Assembly (NCBI GenBank): GCA_963817165.1
Contig: CAWFNL010000002.1
Location: forward strand, 77,665-141,664
DNA length: 64,000 nt
Reading direction: 5' to 3'
Source of the DNA: an uncultured Acidobacteriaceae bacterium
GTDB lineage: Bacteria > Acidobacteriota > Terriglobia > Terriglobales > Acidobacteriaceae
The notes beneath the pieces were generated by a model that saw only the letters and a list, made by a program, of their open reading frames with translations, made no database searches and was not told where the DNA came from. Made by a program: the position numbers and the translations under genes. Shown piece after piece: positions 50,609 through 61,211 of the stretch (position 1 is the stretch's first letter; every line of letters starts with the position of its first letter).

Positions 50609-51622
50609 ATGCCGCAGAACAAACCCATCATCGTTATCAAAAAGAAAGGCGGCCACGGCGGCCATCATGGCGGCGCGTGGAAAGTCGCATACGCCGACTT
50701 CGTCACCGCCATGATGTCCCTCTTCATCGTCCTCTGGCTCATGAACACCAGTACGAAAGTGCGCCAGGCCGTTGCCGGATATTTCAACGATCCCAAAGGC
50801 AATTCAGCCCAAACCGGATCCGACCAATCCGGCACCAGCGACAATCTCGCGCTGACGGAAAATAACGTCGCGCAACTCAAACAAAAAATCGAAGAAGCCA
50901 TCCGCCAGATGAACGATCTGAAGTCGCTGCAAAATCAGATTCAGATCACCATCACCCCCGAAGGCCTGCGTATCGAGTTACTCGAAACCAAAGACGGCAC
51001 GTTTTTCGATACCGGCAGCGCGCGCCTCAACGACCATGGTCGCGAGCTCCTCGAAATGCTGGCCCAGCAACTCGGCCAGGTCCCCAATCGCGTCTCCATC
51101 GAAGGCCACACCGATGCCCAGCCCTACGCTTCGACCGACGGCTACGGCAACTGGGAGCTCTCCGCCGACCGCGCCAATGCCGCGCGCCGCGCCATGCAGT
51201 CCACCGGGCTCCGCAAGGACCAGGTCTCCCAGGTGCGCGGCTACGCCGACCAGAAGCTGCGCGTGCCCTCGAACCCCATGGACCCCTCGAACCGCAGGAT
51301 TTCGCTCATCGTCCAGTACGTCACCGTCGACGCTCCACCCGTGCCGGCCGGGCCAGAACCACCGGGCAAAACTGCGCCCAATCCTCAACCGGCGAACCCT
51401 GGACCTCCCACAGCCGCCAACCGCGCGGACAAAACCGCCAGCACGCCGCCCGCACCTGTAACTTCACCCGCCCCAAAGCCCGACCCCGCCACTCCGCCCG
51501 TCCCAGGCAGGCCAACCGTCGCCAAGCCCGCCGCCGGGAAGCCGCTCGGGAAAGTAGCCACCGCAGAAGGCGAAGCGCAGAAGACCATCGCGGGTCTTCT
51601 CGCCAGGCTTCATCGGAAGTGA
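50609..51622 (+). CDS. motB: Stator protein MotB (OmpA-like peptidoglycan-binding domain) with a Pro/Ala-rich C-terminal extension
   Basis: WKVAYADFVTAMMSLFIVLWL (channel Asp). OmpA-like IEGHTDAQPY...NWELSADRANAARRAM...NRRISLIV. Then about 100 aa of P/A/T-rich tail. Confidence 0.85.
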   Translation: MPQNKPIIVIKKKGGHGGHHGGAWKVAYADFVTAMMSLFIVLWLMNTSTKVRQAVAGYFNDPKGNSAQTGSDQSGTSDNLALTENNVAQLKQKIEEAIRQMNDLKSLQNQIQITITPEGLRIELLETKDGTFFDTGSARLNDHGRELLEMLAQQLGQVPNRVSIEGHTDAQPYASTDGYGNWELSADRANAARRAMQSTGLRKDQVSQVRGYADQKLRVPSNPMDPSNRRISLIVQYVTVDAPPVPAGPEPPGKTAPNPQPANPGPPTAANRADKTASTPPAPVTSPAPKPDPATPPVPGRPTVAKPAAGKPLGKVATAEGEAQKTIAGLLARLHRK

Positions 51623-51733
51623 GTCCGCAAATACGTTTTCCACGGTTTTGCTATACCCTGAGGAGAACAAGCGCGAACGACAAAAACCAAAAATAACGAC
51701 GCTTTCGCGCCGGGCCCTCTTTTCAGGGAGTTG

Positions 51734-52456
51734 ATGACCGTGGATGAAATGGTGCGCACCCAGGAAGACACAAGCGATATCGATCTGCTGCATGAGATCG
51801 GGAGCAGGATGGCTGCGGCCGATCCGTTCCACGAAGTGCTGCAGCGCGTCATCGAAATGGTCACTGCCGCCGTCCGCTGCGACTCCTGCTTCATCTACGT
51901 CCTCGAAAAAGACAAGCTCGTCATGCGCGCCTCGAAGAATCCTCACGAGGACGTGGTCGATCGCCTCGTTGTTGAAATGGGCCAGGGCGTCACCGGCTGG
52001 GTCGCCGAGCATCGCCAAACCGTCGCTCTCCCCGCCAAAGCCTGGGCCGATCCGCGTTTCGCTCGCTTCGTCAATCTCCCCGAAGATCGTTTTGAAGCTT
52101 TCCTCGCCGTGCCTATCCTCTGTCGCGGCAAGCTCGTCGGCGCCATCAACATGCAGCATCGCGAGCCCCACCACCACTCCAAACGCGAAATCAAGCTCAT
52201 CACCATGATCGGCTACCTGGTCGGCGCGGAAGTCGAACTCGCCCGCATGGAATACGAGAAAACCGCGCTCGCCGATCAGCTAGAAACCCGCAAAGTCATG
52301 GAGCGCGCCAAAGGCATCCTGCAGCGCGAGCTCGCCATCGACGAAGAGGCCGCCTACCTCATGCTGCAGAAGCAGAGCCGCCAGAAACGCAAGCCTCTCA
52401 AGGAAATCGCCGAGGCCATCATCCTCATGGACGACCTCAAGCGCGGCAAGAAGTAG
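51734..52456 (+). CDS. GAF + ANTAR domain RNA-binding antiterminator-type regulator
   Basis: GAF-like N-terminal region (CFIYVLEKDKLVMRAS...GVTGWVAEHRQTV...VGAINMQH). The ANTAR helix pattern is LETRKVMERAKGILQRELAIDEEAAYLMLQKQSRQKRKPLKEIAEAII. Confidence 0.85.
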   Translation: MTVDEMVRTQEDTSDIDLLHEIGSRMAAADPFHEVLQRVIEMVTAAVRCDSCFIYVLEKDKLVMRASKNPHEDVVDRLVVEMGQGVTGWVAEHRQTVALPAKAWADPRFARFVNLPEDRFEAFLAVPILCRGKLVGAINMQHREPHHHSKREIKLITMIGYLVGAEVELARMEYEKTALADQLETRKVMERAKGILQRELAIDEEAAYLMLQKQSRQKRKPLKEIAEAIILMDDLKRGKK

Positions 52457-52655
52457 CTCCCAACCGCAAACCGCCGCAACCGCCGCCCCGAGGCACCCAT
52501 CTGTCCGGTTCTGAACAATCAAACCCAATTGCGGACAACGGTTTCCGCCTACTGTCTTCCCGAATCGTTGTTTTTTCAGGGCTTAATCGCGGTCAGGTTT
52601 GGCAGCCTAACTGCCACTCCTGTCGATACGACGCAGTGTGCTCGGGAGGGAACAG

Positions 52656-55159
52656 ATGATCGCAGACATTCCGTATGCACTCCGCCAGTTGCGCAAGTCG
52701 CCTGGGTTCGCTCTCACCGCCGTCCTCACCCTCGCCCTCGGCATCGGCGCCAACACCGCCATCTTTACGATGTTCGATCAGGTGCTCCTGCGCCTGCTGC
52801 CCGTGGACCATCCCCAGCAGATGGTGCGTATGGAATGGCACGGGAGTTTCTCGGGGTCGATGAGCGACTTCGGCGGCGACGTCGGGAATTACTACTCCTA
52901 CCCGATGTACAAGGACCTGCGCGACCGCAACCAGGTCTTCAGCGGCATGCTGGCGGCGGTCCGGACGCAGGTCGGCGTCTCCTGGAACAACCAGGCGGAG
53001 GATGAAGACGCCGAGGTGGTGAGCGGAAATTATTTTCAGGTGCTCGGACTGCGCCCCTGCCGGGCGCCTCTTCACCTCTCGCGATGAGACCGCGAAGGAT
53101 GCCAATGCCGTCGTCGTGCTGAGCTACGACTACTGGCGCACGCACTTCGGAGCAGCCCCCTCCGTCGTGGGACAGACGCTTCGCATCAACGGGCATCCGT
53201 TTCAGATTGTCGGCGTGGCGCCCGAGGATTTCCACACCGCCATTGGCGGCTATCTTCCCGAATTGTTTATTCCGGTGACGATGGTCGACGAGGCCATGCC
53301 GTGGGCGGCCCCCGGCCATCGCCTCGACAACCACCTGAACATCTGGCTCACCGTGATCGCGCGCCTCAAGCCGGGCGTCTCCCTCGCCGCAGGCGCAGGC
53401 CAACATGACGCACGCTCTGGCATGCGCTCCGCGCCGCAGGAGGTCACCCTCTACCCGTATGCATCGCGAAAGTTCAAAGACGGTATGCCTCGATAAGTCC
53501 ACCATCTACGGTGCATGGACGATTCGCGGGGCTTTATCCCCGACCGGTTGGACCTGCAGACGCCGCTGGTCATTCTGCTCAGCATGGCGGGCCTGCTGCT
53601 GGCGATGTGCGGGTTAATGTCGCGACGCTGCTGCTGCTGCGCGTCCGCGGCCGGGTACGGGAAATGTCGATGCGCTACGCGCTGGGCGCAAACAGCAGCC
53701 GCATCGTTGCGGCAACTGCTGATGGAAGGCGGACTGCTCGGGGCGATGGGCGCGGCGGCGGGACTGGCGCTGTCTCCCGTGCTGTCGCGGTTCTGGTTCG
53801 TCTCATGACCATGCCGATCCCGGCACGAGCCCTATTCGGGGCATCTGGATGGCCGGGTGTCTGCTGTTCGCGCTGGGGGCGCTTCTGGTCAGCGTGCTCT
53901 TCTCTATCGCGCCGGCACTGCATTATCTGCGCCCCGATCTTTCCGGAGCGCTGCGGCAGAGCACAGGCACGGCGTCGCAGGCAGACTCAGATTTTCCGCA
54001 AAGTCGCCGTCGGCGTGCAGATCGCGCTCAGCGTCCTGCTGCTCGGCGGAGCCGGCCTCTTTGTGCGAACCCTCGATCCTCTCCGCGATCAGCCCGTCGG
54101 CTTCGACACGCGGCACATGGCGACCTTCAGTCTGGATCCCACCAGCTCCGGCTACTGCGAGCAGCAAACGCCGCACATCGTGCTGGCCTCGCTCGACGCT
54201 CTGCGCCGCATTCCCGGCGTGCAAATGGCCGCCGCCACCAACGATCCGGAACTGACCGGCAATATGCAGTGGGACGGTTTCATCGTCCAGGGACATAACC
54301 CGGTGGAAGGCGAAGCGACCGACTTTGAAGCGCCCTGGGTCACGCCGGGCTATTTCGCGACCCTCCATCAGCCGCTGTTGGCAGGGCGCGAGTTTACGCT
54401 GGCCGACGCAGCCACCGCTCCCAAAGTGGCCATCGTCAACCTGGCGTTCGCGAAGAAGTTTTACGGCTCCGCGCAGAATGCGCTGGGCGTCATGATCGGC
54501 GAGGCGACAAGGCGGACATCACCATCGTCGGCGTCGTCGGCGATGTGAAGCACTCCGATCTGCGGACAGACATGGGCCCGGGCGTCTATCAGTCCTGTCT
54601 GCAGCAACCGCATCCCGTCGGCGTGCAGGTCTACTTGCGGACGGCGCAGGATCCTGAATCCGTGGAACCGGCAATTCGCCAGGCCATCCATCACCGGCTG
54701 GATCCGACGCTGGTGGTGGATGGCCTGCGCACCATGGAGGCGCAGATCGACATCAGCGCGTCGAACGAGCGTTCGCTGGCCATGCTGGCGCTTGGTTTTG
54801 CCGTGCTCGCGGCCTTATTGGCCGCGGTCGGCCTGTATGGCGTGCTCGCGTACTCCACGCAGAGCCGGACGCGGGAAATTGGCGTCCGCCTCGCCCTGGG
54901 CTCGCCGCGCAGCCGCGTCGTGGGCCTCGTCGTGAATGAAACATTGTGGCTCGCGGGTATCGCCGCGCTCGTTGCGCTCCCCGCAACGGTGGGCCTCGCG
55001 CACTTCTTCCGCAGCCAGCTTTACGGCGTCAGCACCTGGGACCCCATCACGCTCAGCATGGCTCTGGGCCTCACCATCGTCATGGTCGCCGTCGCGTCCG
55101 CGCTGCCCGCCCGCCGCGCCACCACCATCGACCCGCTCGTCGCCTTGCGTACCGAATGA
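52656..55159 (+). pseudogene. ADOP-family duplicated permease, heavily disrupted (about 12 frame changes)
   Basis: The start is family-typical (MIADIPYALRQLRKSPGFALTAVLTLALGIGANTAIF). After that the homologous sequence hops between all three frames. The first shift is in the CCCC run at about 53055-53058. Further shifts occur near 53389, 53415, 53440, 53490, 53512, 53600, 53700, 53790, 53840, 53975 and 54503. The last piece (KADITIVGVVGDVKH...TIDPLVALRTE) ends at 55159. Confidence 0.8.
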
Positions 55160-55209
55160 TTGCCACTTGAACGGGAACGTCGCGCCAGATTTTTTCGTAA
55201 GGAGACATC

Positions 55210-57675
55210 ATGCTCGAAGACCTCAAATTCGCCATGCGTCAGCTTCGCCGCAGCCCTGGCTTTGCCGCGGCCGTCATCATCACGCTCGCGCTCGCCATCG
55301 GCGTCAATACCGCCGTCTTCAGCCTCCTCGACGGGTTTCTGCTTCGCACTCTTCCGTATCCCCATCCAGAGCGCATCGCCGCGCTCGTGGCGCACGAAGA
55401 GTTGAAATCCGATCCCGCGGAATTTGCGGATGACGACTCGTCGGATAATTCGACCTGGCGCGCCGTGCAGCAGGATGTCCCCGGCGTCACCGCGGCCATC
55501 GGCGGCGAAGGCTTTGGCGACACCGAAGGCGTGAACCTGCAGACCGGCACGGCGCAGGCTGGCTCCGGGCAGGCCGGAGCGACGCGCTACGTCCATGGGG
55601 CGCGCGTCTCGGCCCACTATTTCGACGTGCTTGGTATCCAGCCGTTGCTGGGGCGTGGTTTTACCCAGGAAGAAGACCAGCCTGGCGCAGGCAAAGCCGT
55701 GGTTCTGAGCTATCCGCTGTGGCGCACCACATTCCAGCGGGATCCATCCATCCTCGGCAAGCAAATTTTGCTCAAGGGTGCTCCCTACACCGTCGTCGGC
55801 GTGTTGCCGCAGGGCGCGCAGATGCCCAGTGCAGCCGACGTCTGGACGCCGCTCATGCCCGACGATCCGCACGGCGTCTGCGTCGGCAACAATTGCCTGA
55901 TCCTCATGCGGCTCAAAGATGGCGCAACCTGGGATCAGGTGCGCGCGCAACTCGCGCACATGCCGCCCCCCCGCAATGCCAATCTCAGCAAGCAGAACGT
56001 CTGGTACTACCCCAGCCCGCTGCGTGCCTACGCGGGTAGCGCTATGCGCGAGCAAACCCAGGCGCTGATGCTGGCCGTCGGCTTCATCCTGCTCATCGCC
56101 TGCGCTAACCTCGCCGGGCTCATGCTCGCCCGCATTCACCGCCGCACTCCGGAGATGGCCACCCGCATGGCCCTCGGCGCATCGCGCGCCCGCATCCTGC
56201 GCCAGTTGTGGGTGGAGAACCTGGTCCTCGCCCTCACCGGCGGCGCTGCGGGTTTGGGCGTTGCTTTGGGCTTGTTCCCGGTCATGAAGAAGCTGCTGCC
56301 CGACGACATGATTCCGATTGGCGGCTTTGTTCTCGATATGCGCGTCCTGGCCTTTGCGATCGGCGCCGCCCTCCTCACCAGCCTGCTCTTCGGCGCTCTG
56401 CCCGCCCTCGAAACCCGCCGCGTCGACCTCCGCAGTTCCATCGCCTCCGGAACCCGCACCGTGGCTGGTGGATCGGGACGCGTGCGCCAGGGTCTGATCG
56501 GCGCGGAGGTCGCGCTCACCGTGGTCTTGCTGGCCGCAGCCGGTCTGCTGATCCGGACCATCGCCCATCTCGAATCGCTGCCTGCCGGATTCGACGGCCA
56601 CAACGTGATGACCGCGAAAGCGTCCCTCGACGACGCGCGCTATCACGACGCGGCGCGGTTCCATGCACTGTTGAAGACGAGTCTCGCAGCCATGCAGCGT
56701 ATTCCTGACGTCGAGAATGCGGCTGCTGCGCTGAGTCTTCCTTACGAGCGCGGACTCAATGACGGGCTGAAAATACTGGACGGCAGCCGGGCTGGTTTCG
56801 AATACGGCTCGAGTGAAGCATGGGTCACGCCTGGCTTCTTTGAGACTCTGCGCATCCCCATCCTCAGCGGCCGCGCCATTCGCGAAAGCGACACGGAAAC
56901 TACGCAGCCAGTGGCCGTGGTCAACACAGATTTCGGGCGCGTGTTCTACGGCGATCCAAATCCTGTTGGCCGCCACTTCAGCAATGAGGGCACGACCTTT
57001 ACCATCGTGGGCGTGGTGGGCAACGTGGTGAAGAAACTCGGCATGACGCAAGGCGCGCCGCTGGCCACCGAGCCGCTGTTCTATGTACCGGCTTCTCAGA
57101 TTGATCAGCGCATTGTGAACGTGGCGCACATGTGGTTCCAGCCGTCCTGGATCGTACGTACGCGCGGTCCAGCAGCCGATCTCACCGCGCAAATGCAGCG
57201 CGCCCTCCAGCAGGCCGACCCCGGCCTCCCCTTTTCCGGTTTCTACTCCATGCAGGATCTGCTCGACCAACAACTGCAAACGCAGCGCATTGAGGTCACG
57301 CTGCTCGGCACCCTCGCCGCGCTCGCACTCCTGCTCTCCGCCGTCGGCATCTTCGCCCTCGTCTCAAACCTGGTCGTCCAGCGCACCCGCGAAATCGGCA
57401 TCCGCATCGCCCTCGGTTCCACGCTCGGCCAGGCCATGCGCACCATCGCCCGCTCCGGATTATTAGCAGCCTGCGCCGGCGTATCCGTCGGCCTGGTCGC
57501 ATCAGCCTTCGCGCTCCAGGTCATGAAGAGCGCGATCTACGGCGTCACCACCTACGATCCCGTCACGCTGATCACCGCTCCAGCCTTACTACTGGCCATT
57601 GCGGCGCTGGCCAGCCTGCTGCCGGCTCTGCGCATCGCCCGCATCGATCCCGCGGAAACGCTGAGAAACGAGTGA
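55210..57675 (+). CDS. ADOP-family duplicated permease (MacB-like), intact
   Basis: 821 aa starting MLEDLKFAMRQLRRSPGFAAAVIITLALAIGVNTAVFS, with two FtsX blocks and the C-terminal ARIDPAETLRNE. Confidence 0.9.
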   Translation: MLEDLKFAMRQLRRSPGFAAAVIITLALAIGVNTAVFSLLDGFLLRTLPYPHPERIAALVAHEELKSDPAEFADDDSSDNSTWRAVQQDVPGVTAAIGGEGFGDTEGVNLQTGTAQAGSGQAGATRYVHGARVSAHYFDVLGIQPLLGRGFTQEEDQPGAGKAVVLSYPLWRTTFQRDPSILGKQILLKGAPYTVVGVLPQGAQMPSAADVWTPLMPDDPHGVCVGNNCLILMRLKDGATWDQVRAQLAHMPPPRNANLSKQNVWYYPSPLRAYAGSAMREQTQALMLAVGFILLIACANLAGLMLARIHRRTPEMATRMALGASRARILRQLWVENLVLALTGGAAGLGVALGLFPVMKKLLPDDMIPIGGFVLDMRVLAFAIGAALLTSLLFGALPALETRRVDLRSSIASGTRTVAGGSGRVRQGLIGAEVALTVVLLAAAGLLIRTIAHLESLPAGFDGHNVMTAKASLDDARYHDAARFHALLKTSLAAMQRIPDVENAAAALSLPYERGLNDGLKILDGSRAGFEYGSSEAWVTPGFFETLRIPILSGRAIRESDTETTQPVAVVNTDFGRVFYGDPNPVGRHFSNEGTTFTIVGVVGNVVKKLGMTQGAPLATEPLFYVPASQIDQRIVNVAHMWFQPSWIVRTRGPAADLTAQMQRALQQADPGLPFSGFYSMQDLLDQQLQTQRIEVTLLGTLAALALLLSAVGIFALVSNLVVQRTREIGIRIALGSTLGQAMRTIARSGLLAACAGVSVGLVASAFALQVMKSAIYGVTTYDPVTLITAPALLLAIAALASLLPALRIARIDPAETLRNE

Positions 57676-57702
57676 CCGCCCAGGTTTGAGTTTTCTTTCC
57701 TC

Positions 57703-57747
57703 CTGGCGGCGAAGAGTTGGGAGACACTGCGCCGCCAGCTTTTTTCT
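57703..57747 (+). terminator. Rho-independent terminator after the intact ADOP gene
   Basis: Perfect 9-bp stem CTGGCGGCG (57703-57711) / CGCCGCCAG (57730-57738) with an 18-nt loop, followed by CTTTTTTCT. Confidence 0.7.
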
Positions 57748-57827
57748 AAGAGGAATTCCAGCTTCCCGCCGCCAGGAAACTCGGCCCGCCCGCCGCATCC
57801 CGCCATCAATGAGAAGATGAAGCAGGT

Positions 57828-60341
57828 ATGCGTGTCACGATCAAGGGGCTGCGCCTGTGGATTCTCACGGCGACTGGCCTGCTGCTGGCGGTAGTCGCGG
57901 GGTTCATTCTCTACGGCCGCTACCGTTTCCGGCACATCGAAAAAGATCTTCCCGGCAAGCTGGGCATCAACATCCAGCAAACCGCCAACGGCTTCACCTA
58001 TTCCCAGTCGGATGGCCCGCACACCCTCTTCACGCTGAAAGCGGCGAAGCAGATGCAGATGAAGTCCGGCCACGTGCTGCTGCACGACGTCGACATTACT
58101 CTCTACGGTCCGCCCGGTTCCGGCCGCACCGACCGCATCTACGGCAGCGACTTCGACTTCGATCAAAACACGCAGACCGCCACCAGCCAGGGCGATGTAA
58201 ACATCGAGCTGGCCGGTATGGGCGCGCAGCCCGGCCCAGCGCCATCCGCAGCCCAAACCGCAGCGCAAGGCGCCAGCAGCACCATCCGCGTACGCACCAG
58301 CGGCCTCGTCTTTTCGCAGAAGACCGGTGACGCCGACACAACGCAGCCCGTCGAATTCCAGCTTCCCCGCGCCGCCGGTACCTCCGTCGGCGCCAATTAC
58401 AACTCAAAAACCGGCGTGCTGATCCTCAACAGCGCTGTCAAAATCACTACCTCCAGCAATGGCCGAGCCGCCGTCATTACCGCAGGCCACGCTACGCTGC
58501 TGCGCGACACCATGCAGGGCTTCCTGACCGGCGCCACCATGGAATACGAGACGGAAGACGGCAGCGCGGATGCAGCGACACTGTATTTCCGCAAAGACGG
58601 CACCACTGAGAAAATTGACGCCCAGGGTCACGTCCGCATGAAGACTGATACCGGCGCGACCATGACCTCCAATACCGCGCACATTCTCATGGACGAGAAA
58701 AGCCAGCCCACCCAGGCCGATCTGGCCGGCGGTGTCGCCTTCGCATCGGCGCGCGGTCCCGGTTCCATGCAGGGCACAGCGCGCGAGAGCACGCTGCACT
58801 TTGCCACCGTCGCCGGCGCGAATGGCAAAACGCAGTCCGCCCTCACCCACGCGCAGTTCCGCCACGACGTTCATTTCACTGACGACCTCACCGGCCTCGC
58901 CAAAGATCCTCACGGCCGCGCCGAGCGCCGGATGCAGGGCGAGACCGTCGACATCGACTTCGCCCCGCCCGGTCCACAGGGTCAGACAGAGGCGCGCAAG
59001 GCCGTCGCCGAAGGCAATCCCGTCGTGACCATGCAGCAGATCCCCTCCAGAGGCCCATCGACCACAACGCGCATCAACGGCGATCATCTCGTTGCCACCC
59101 TCGACCCCGGCAACGTTCTCCATACCCTCGACGGCCAGGGCAACACCCGCGTAGTCGACGAATCGACCGACGGCGCGCGCGATACCAGCCAGGGCGACGT
59201 GCTGCATATCACCTTCCAGCAGCACCCGTCCCCGGAATTGGCGAGCGCCGCAAAACCGCGGCAGAATTCCACGCACCAGCGAGCATCCGCCAAAAATCCC
59301 GCCACACCCCAAACCGGGCCACGCCTGCAAACCACCATCGACACCGCCACGCAGGATGGCCACGTCCTCCTGACTGAGCTGCCCGCCAGGAAACCAAATG
59401 CCACCACCCAGCCCACCACCCTCACCGGCTGGGCTGACCACGCCGAGTACCACGCTGCGGACCAGGTGCTGCACCTCACCGGAAGCCCGCGCATCTCCGA
59501 CGGCCAGGCCATGCAGGTTTCCGCGGAAACCATCGATTACCACCGCGATTCGCAGGATGCCGCCGCCAAAGGCAATGTGAAGGCCACCTACACCGAGCCG
59601 CCCAAAACTCAAGGATCATCTGCCTCCACCGCGCCTCCCACCATGGGCGGTAGCGGCCCCGTCCACGTCATCGCGGAGCGCGCCGCCCTGCACCACGCCA
59701 CCAATCAAAATGATTTCTACGGAACCGTGAAAAATCCTGCCCGCCTCTGGCAGGATGCGGACTCCCTCATCGCCCCCGTCATCGAAATCGACCGCAACAA
59801 AAATCAGCTAAAAGCCTGGGGTGAAAACACCGGCGCCGATCCCGTCGTCAACGCCAACTTCACCTCGGCCATGGGCGCCAAACACCAGCAGACCCTCGCC
59901 CGCGTCCATAGCCAGACCCTCGTCTACTCCGACAAAGACCGCCTCGCGGATTTCCACGGCGCCGTCAGCATGGAGCAGTCCAACGAAGTCATCCACGCCG
60001 GCGACGCCCTGGTCTATCTCAAGCCCGCACAGACTGGCGCTAAAAAATCAGCCGCGCCTCCCAGTCCTGAAAGCCAAAATTCGCAAATCGATCACGTCCT
60101 GGCCACCGGTCACGTCGTCTTCACCCAGCCCGGCCGCAAAGGCGAAGGCGAGAAGCTCCTCTACACCGCCGACACCGGCCGCTACGTCCTCACCGGAACC
60201 CCCCAGGCGCCCCCGCACCTGTGGGACAGCGTGCACGGAACGACAACCGGCACTGCTTTGCTTTTCAATAGTCAGGATGGTAGCGTCGAAGTGAATGGTG
60301 GTCAGTCGAGCGCGGTCACCGACACGCGCGCGCCAAAGTAG
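57828..60341 (+). CDS. Membrane-anchored LptC/LptA (OstA)-like protein with multiple concatenated beta-jellyroll modules
   Basis: N-terminal TM anchor ([22 protein letters not shown]). Repeated OstA-like strings ([75 protein letters not shown]). Immediately upstream of lptB. Confidence 0.65.
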   Translation: MRVTIKGLRLWILTATGLLLAVVAGFILYGRYRFRHIEKDLPGKLGINIQQTANGFTYSQSDGPHTLFTLKAAKQMQMKSGHVLLHDVDITLYGPPGSGRTDRIYGSDFDFDQNTQTATSQGDVNIELAGMGAQPGPAPSAAQTAAQGASSTIRVRTSGLVFSQKTGDADTTQPVEFQLPRAAGTSVGANYNSKTGVLILNSAVKITTSSNGRAAVITAGHATLLRDTMQGFLTGATMEYETEDGSADAATLYFRKDGTTEKIDAQGHVRMKTDTGATMTSNTAHILMDEKSQPTQADLAGGVAFASARGPGSMQGTARESTLHFATVAGANGKTQSALTHAQFRHDVHFTDDLTGLAKDPHGRAERRMQGETVDIDFAPPGPQGQTEARKAVAEGNPVVTMQQIPSRGPSTTTRINGDHLVATLDPGNVLHTLDGQGNTRVVDESTDGARDTSQGDVLHITFQQHPSPELASAAKPRQNSTHQRASAKNPATPQTGPRLQTTIDTATQDGHVLLTELPARKPNATTQPTTLTGWADHAEYHAADQVLHLTGSPRISDGQAMQVSAETIDYHRDSQDAAAKGNVKATYTEPPKTQGSSASTAPPTMGGSGPVHVIAERAALHHATNQNDFYGTVKNPARLWQDADSLIAPVIEIDRNKNQLKAWGENTGADPVVNANFTSAMGAKHQQTLARVHSQTLVYSDKDRLADFHGAVSMEQSNEVIHAGDALVYLKPAQTGAKKSAAPPSPESQNSQIDHVLATGHVVFTQPGRKGEGEKLLYTADTGRYVLTGTPQAPPHLWDSVHGTTTGTALLFNSQDGSVEVNGGQSSAVTDTRAPK

Positions 60342-60345
60342 GATC

Positions 60346-61074
60346 ATGCGGAAGCTGTTCACGGACGGGATCAATAAATCGTATAAAGGCCGCCAGGTGG
60401 TACGCGACGTCAGCGTCCAGGTAACCGAAGGCGAAGTGGTTGGCCTCCTCGGTCCAAACGGCGCCGGAAAAACAACCAGCTTCTACATGATCGTCGGCCT
60501 CATCCAGCCCGACGGCGGCCGCATTCTGCTCGATGGCGAAGACATCACCCATGTCCCCATGTATTTGCGGGCGCGCCAATACGGCATCAGTTATCTTCCT
60601 CAGGAGCCCTCCGTCTTCCGCAAGCTCACCGTCGAGGAAAACATCCTCGCCGTCCTCGAAGTGCAGCCCATTGCCCCGGAAATGCGCCGCGCCCGAGCCG
60701 AAAAACTCATCGAACAGCTCAATCTCCGCCACATTCGCAAAACCCGCGGCTATGCCCTCTCCGGCGGCGAGCGGCGCCGCGTGGAGATCGCCCGCTGCCT
60801 CTGCATCCAGCCAACCTTCATCTTGCTCGACGAACCCTTTTCGGGGATCGATCCCATTGCGGTTCTCGACCTTCAGGAAATCATCTTCGACCTCAAGGCC
60901 AGCGGCATCGGCGTACTGATTACCGACCATAATGTTCGCGAGACGCTGTCCGTCACCGATCGCGCTTACATCATCAACGACGGTCAAATCTTCCGGCATG
61001 GCACGCCGGAGCAACTCGGCAGCGACCCCGAAGTCCGGCGCGTTTACCTCGGCGAAGGTTTTTCGCTGGATTAA
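60346..61074 (+). CDS. lptB: LPS export ABC transporter ATP-binding protein LptB
   Basis: Walker [10 protein letters not shown], signature [13 protein letters not shown], Walker B FILLDEP; conserved lptB-rpoN-hpf order. Confidence 0.95.
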   Translation: MRKLFTDGINKSYKGRQVVRDVSVQVTEGEVVGLLGPNGAGKTTSFYMIVGLIQPDGGRILLDGEDITHVPMYLRARQYGISYLPQEPSVFRKLTVEENILAVLEVQPIAPEMRRARAEKLIEQLNLRHIRKTRGYALSGGERRRVEIARCLCIQPTFILLDEPFSGIDPIAVLDLQEIIFDLKASGIGVLITDHNVRETLSVTDRAYIINDGQIFRHGTPEQLGSDPEVRRVYLGEGFSLD

Positions 61075-61211
61075 CGCCCGGACGAAACGCCGCGGCGGTT
61101 CTTTCGTCTCAAGGTCAGGCCCAGCCCGCCGGAAAAGCTGCTCGCCGCCATGACGCCGGATGTACACTTTGAGGCATCTGAGGGTTCAAGCCTCATTCTT
61201 GATAAGGATTT

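Noticed and set aside
52493-52514. Possible third copy of the double-hairpin repeat
   Set aside because: Only about 20 nt resemble the 5' arm and loop (cacccatctgtccggttctg). The 3' arm and second hairpin are missing. It is noted as possibly degenerate but not called as a feature.
61185-61201. tRNA T-arm-like stem-loop (TGAGG-GTTCAAG-CCTCA) upstream of rpoN
   Set aside because: No matching acceptor stem, D-arm or anticodon arm lies in the preceding 70 nt, and the loop starts with G rather than T. It is an isolated mimic, not a tRNA gene.
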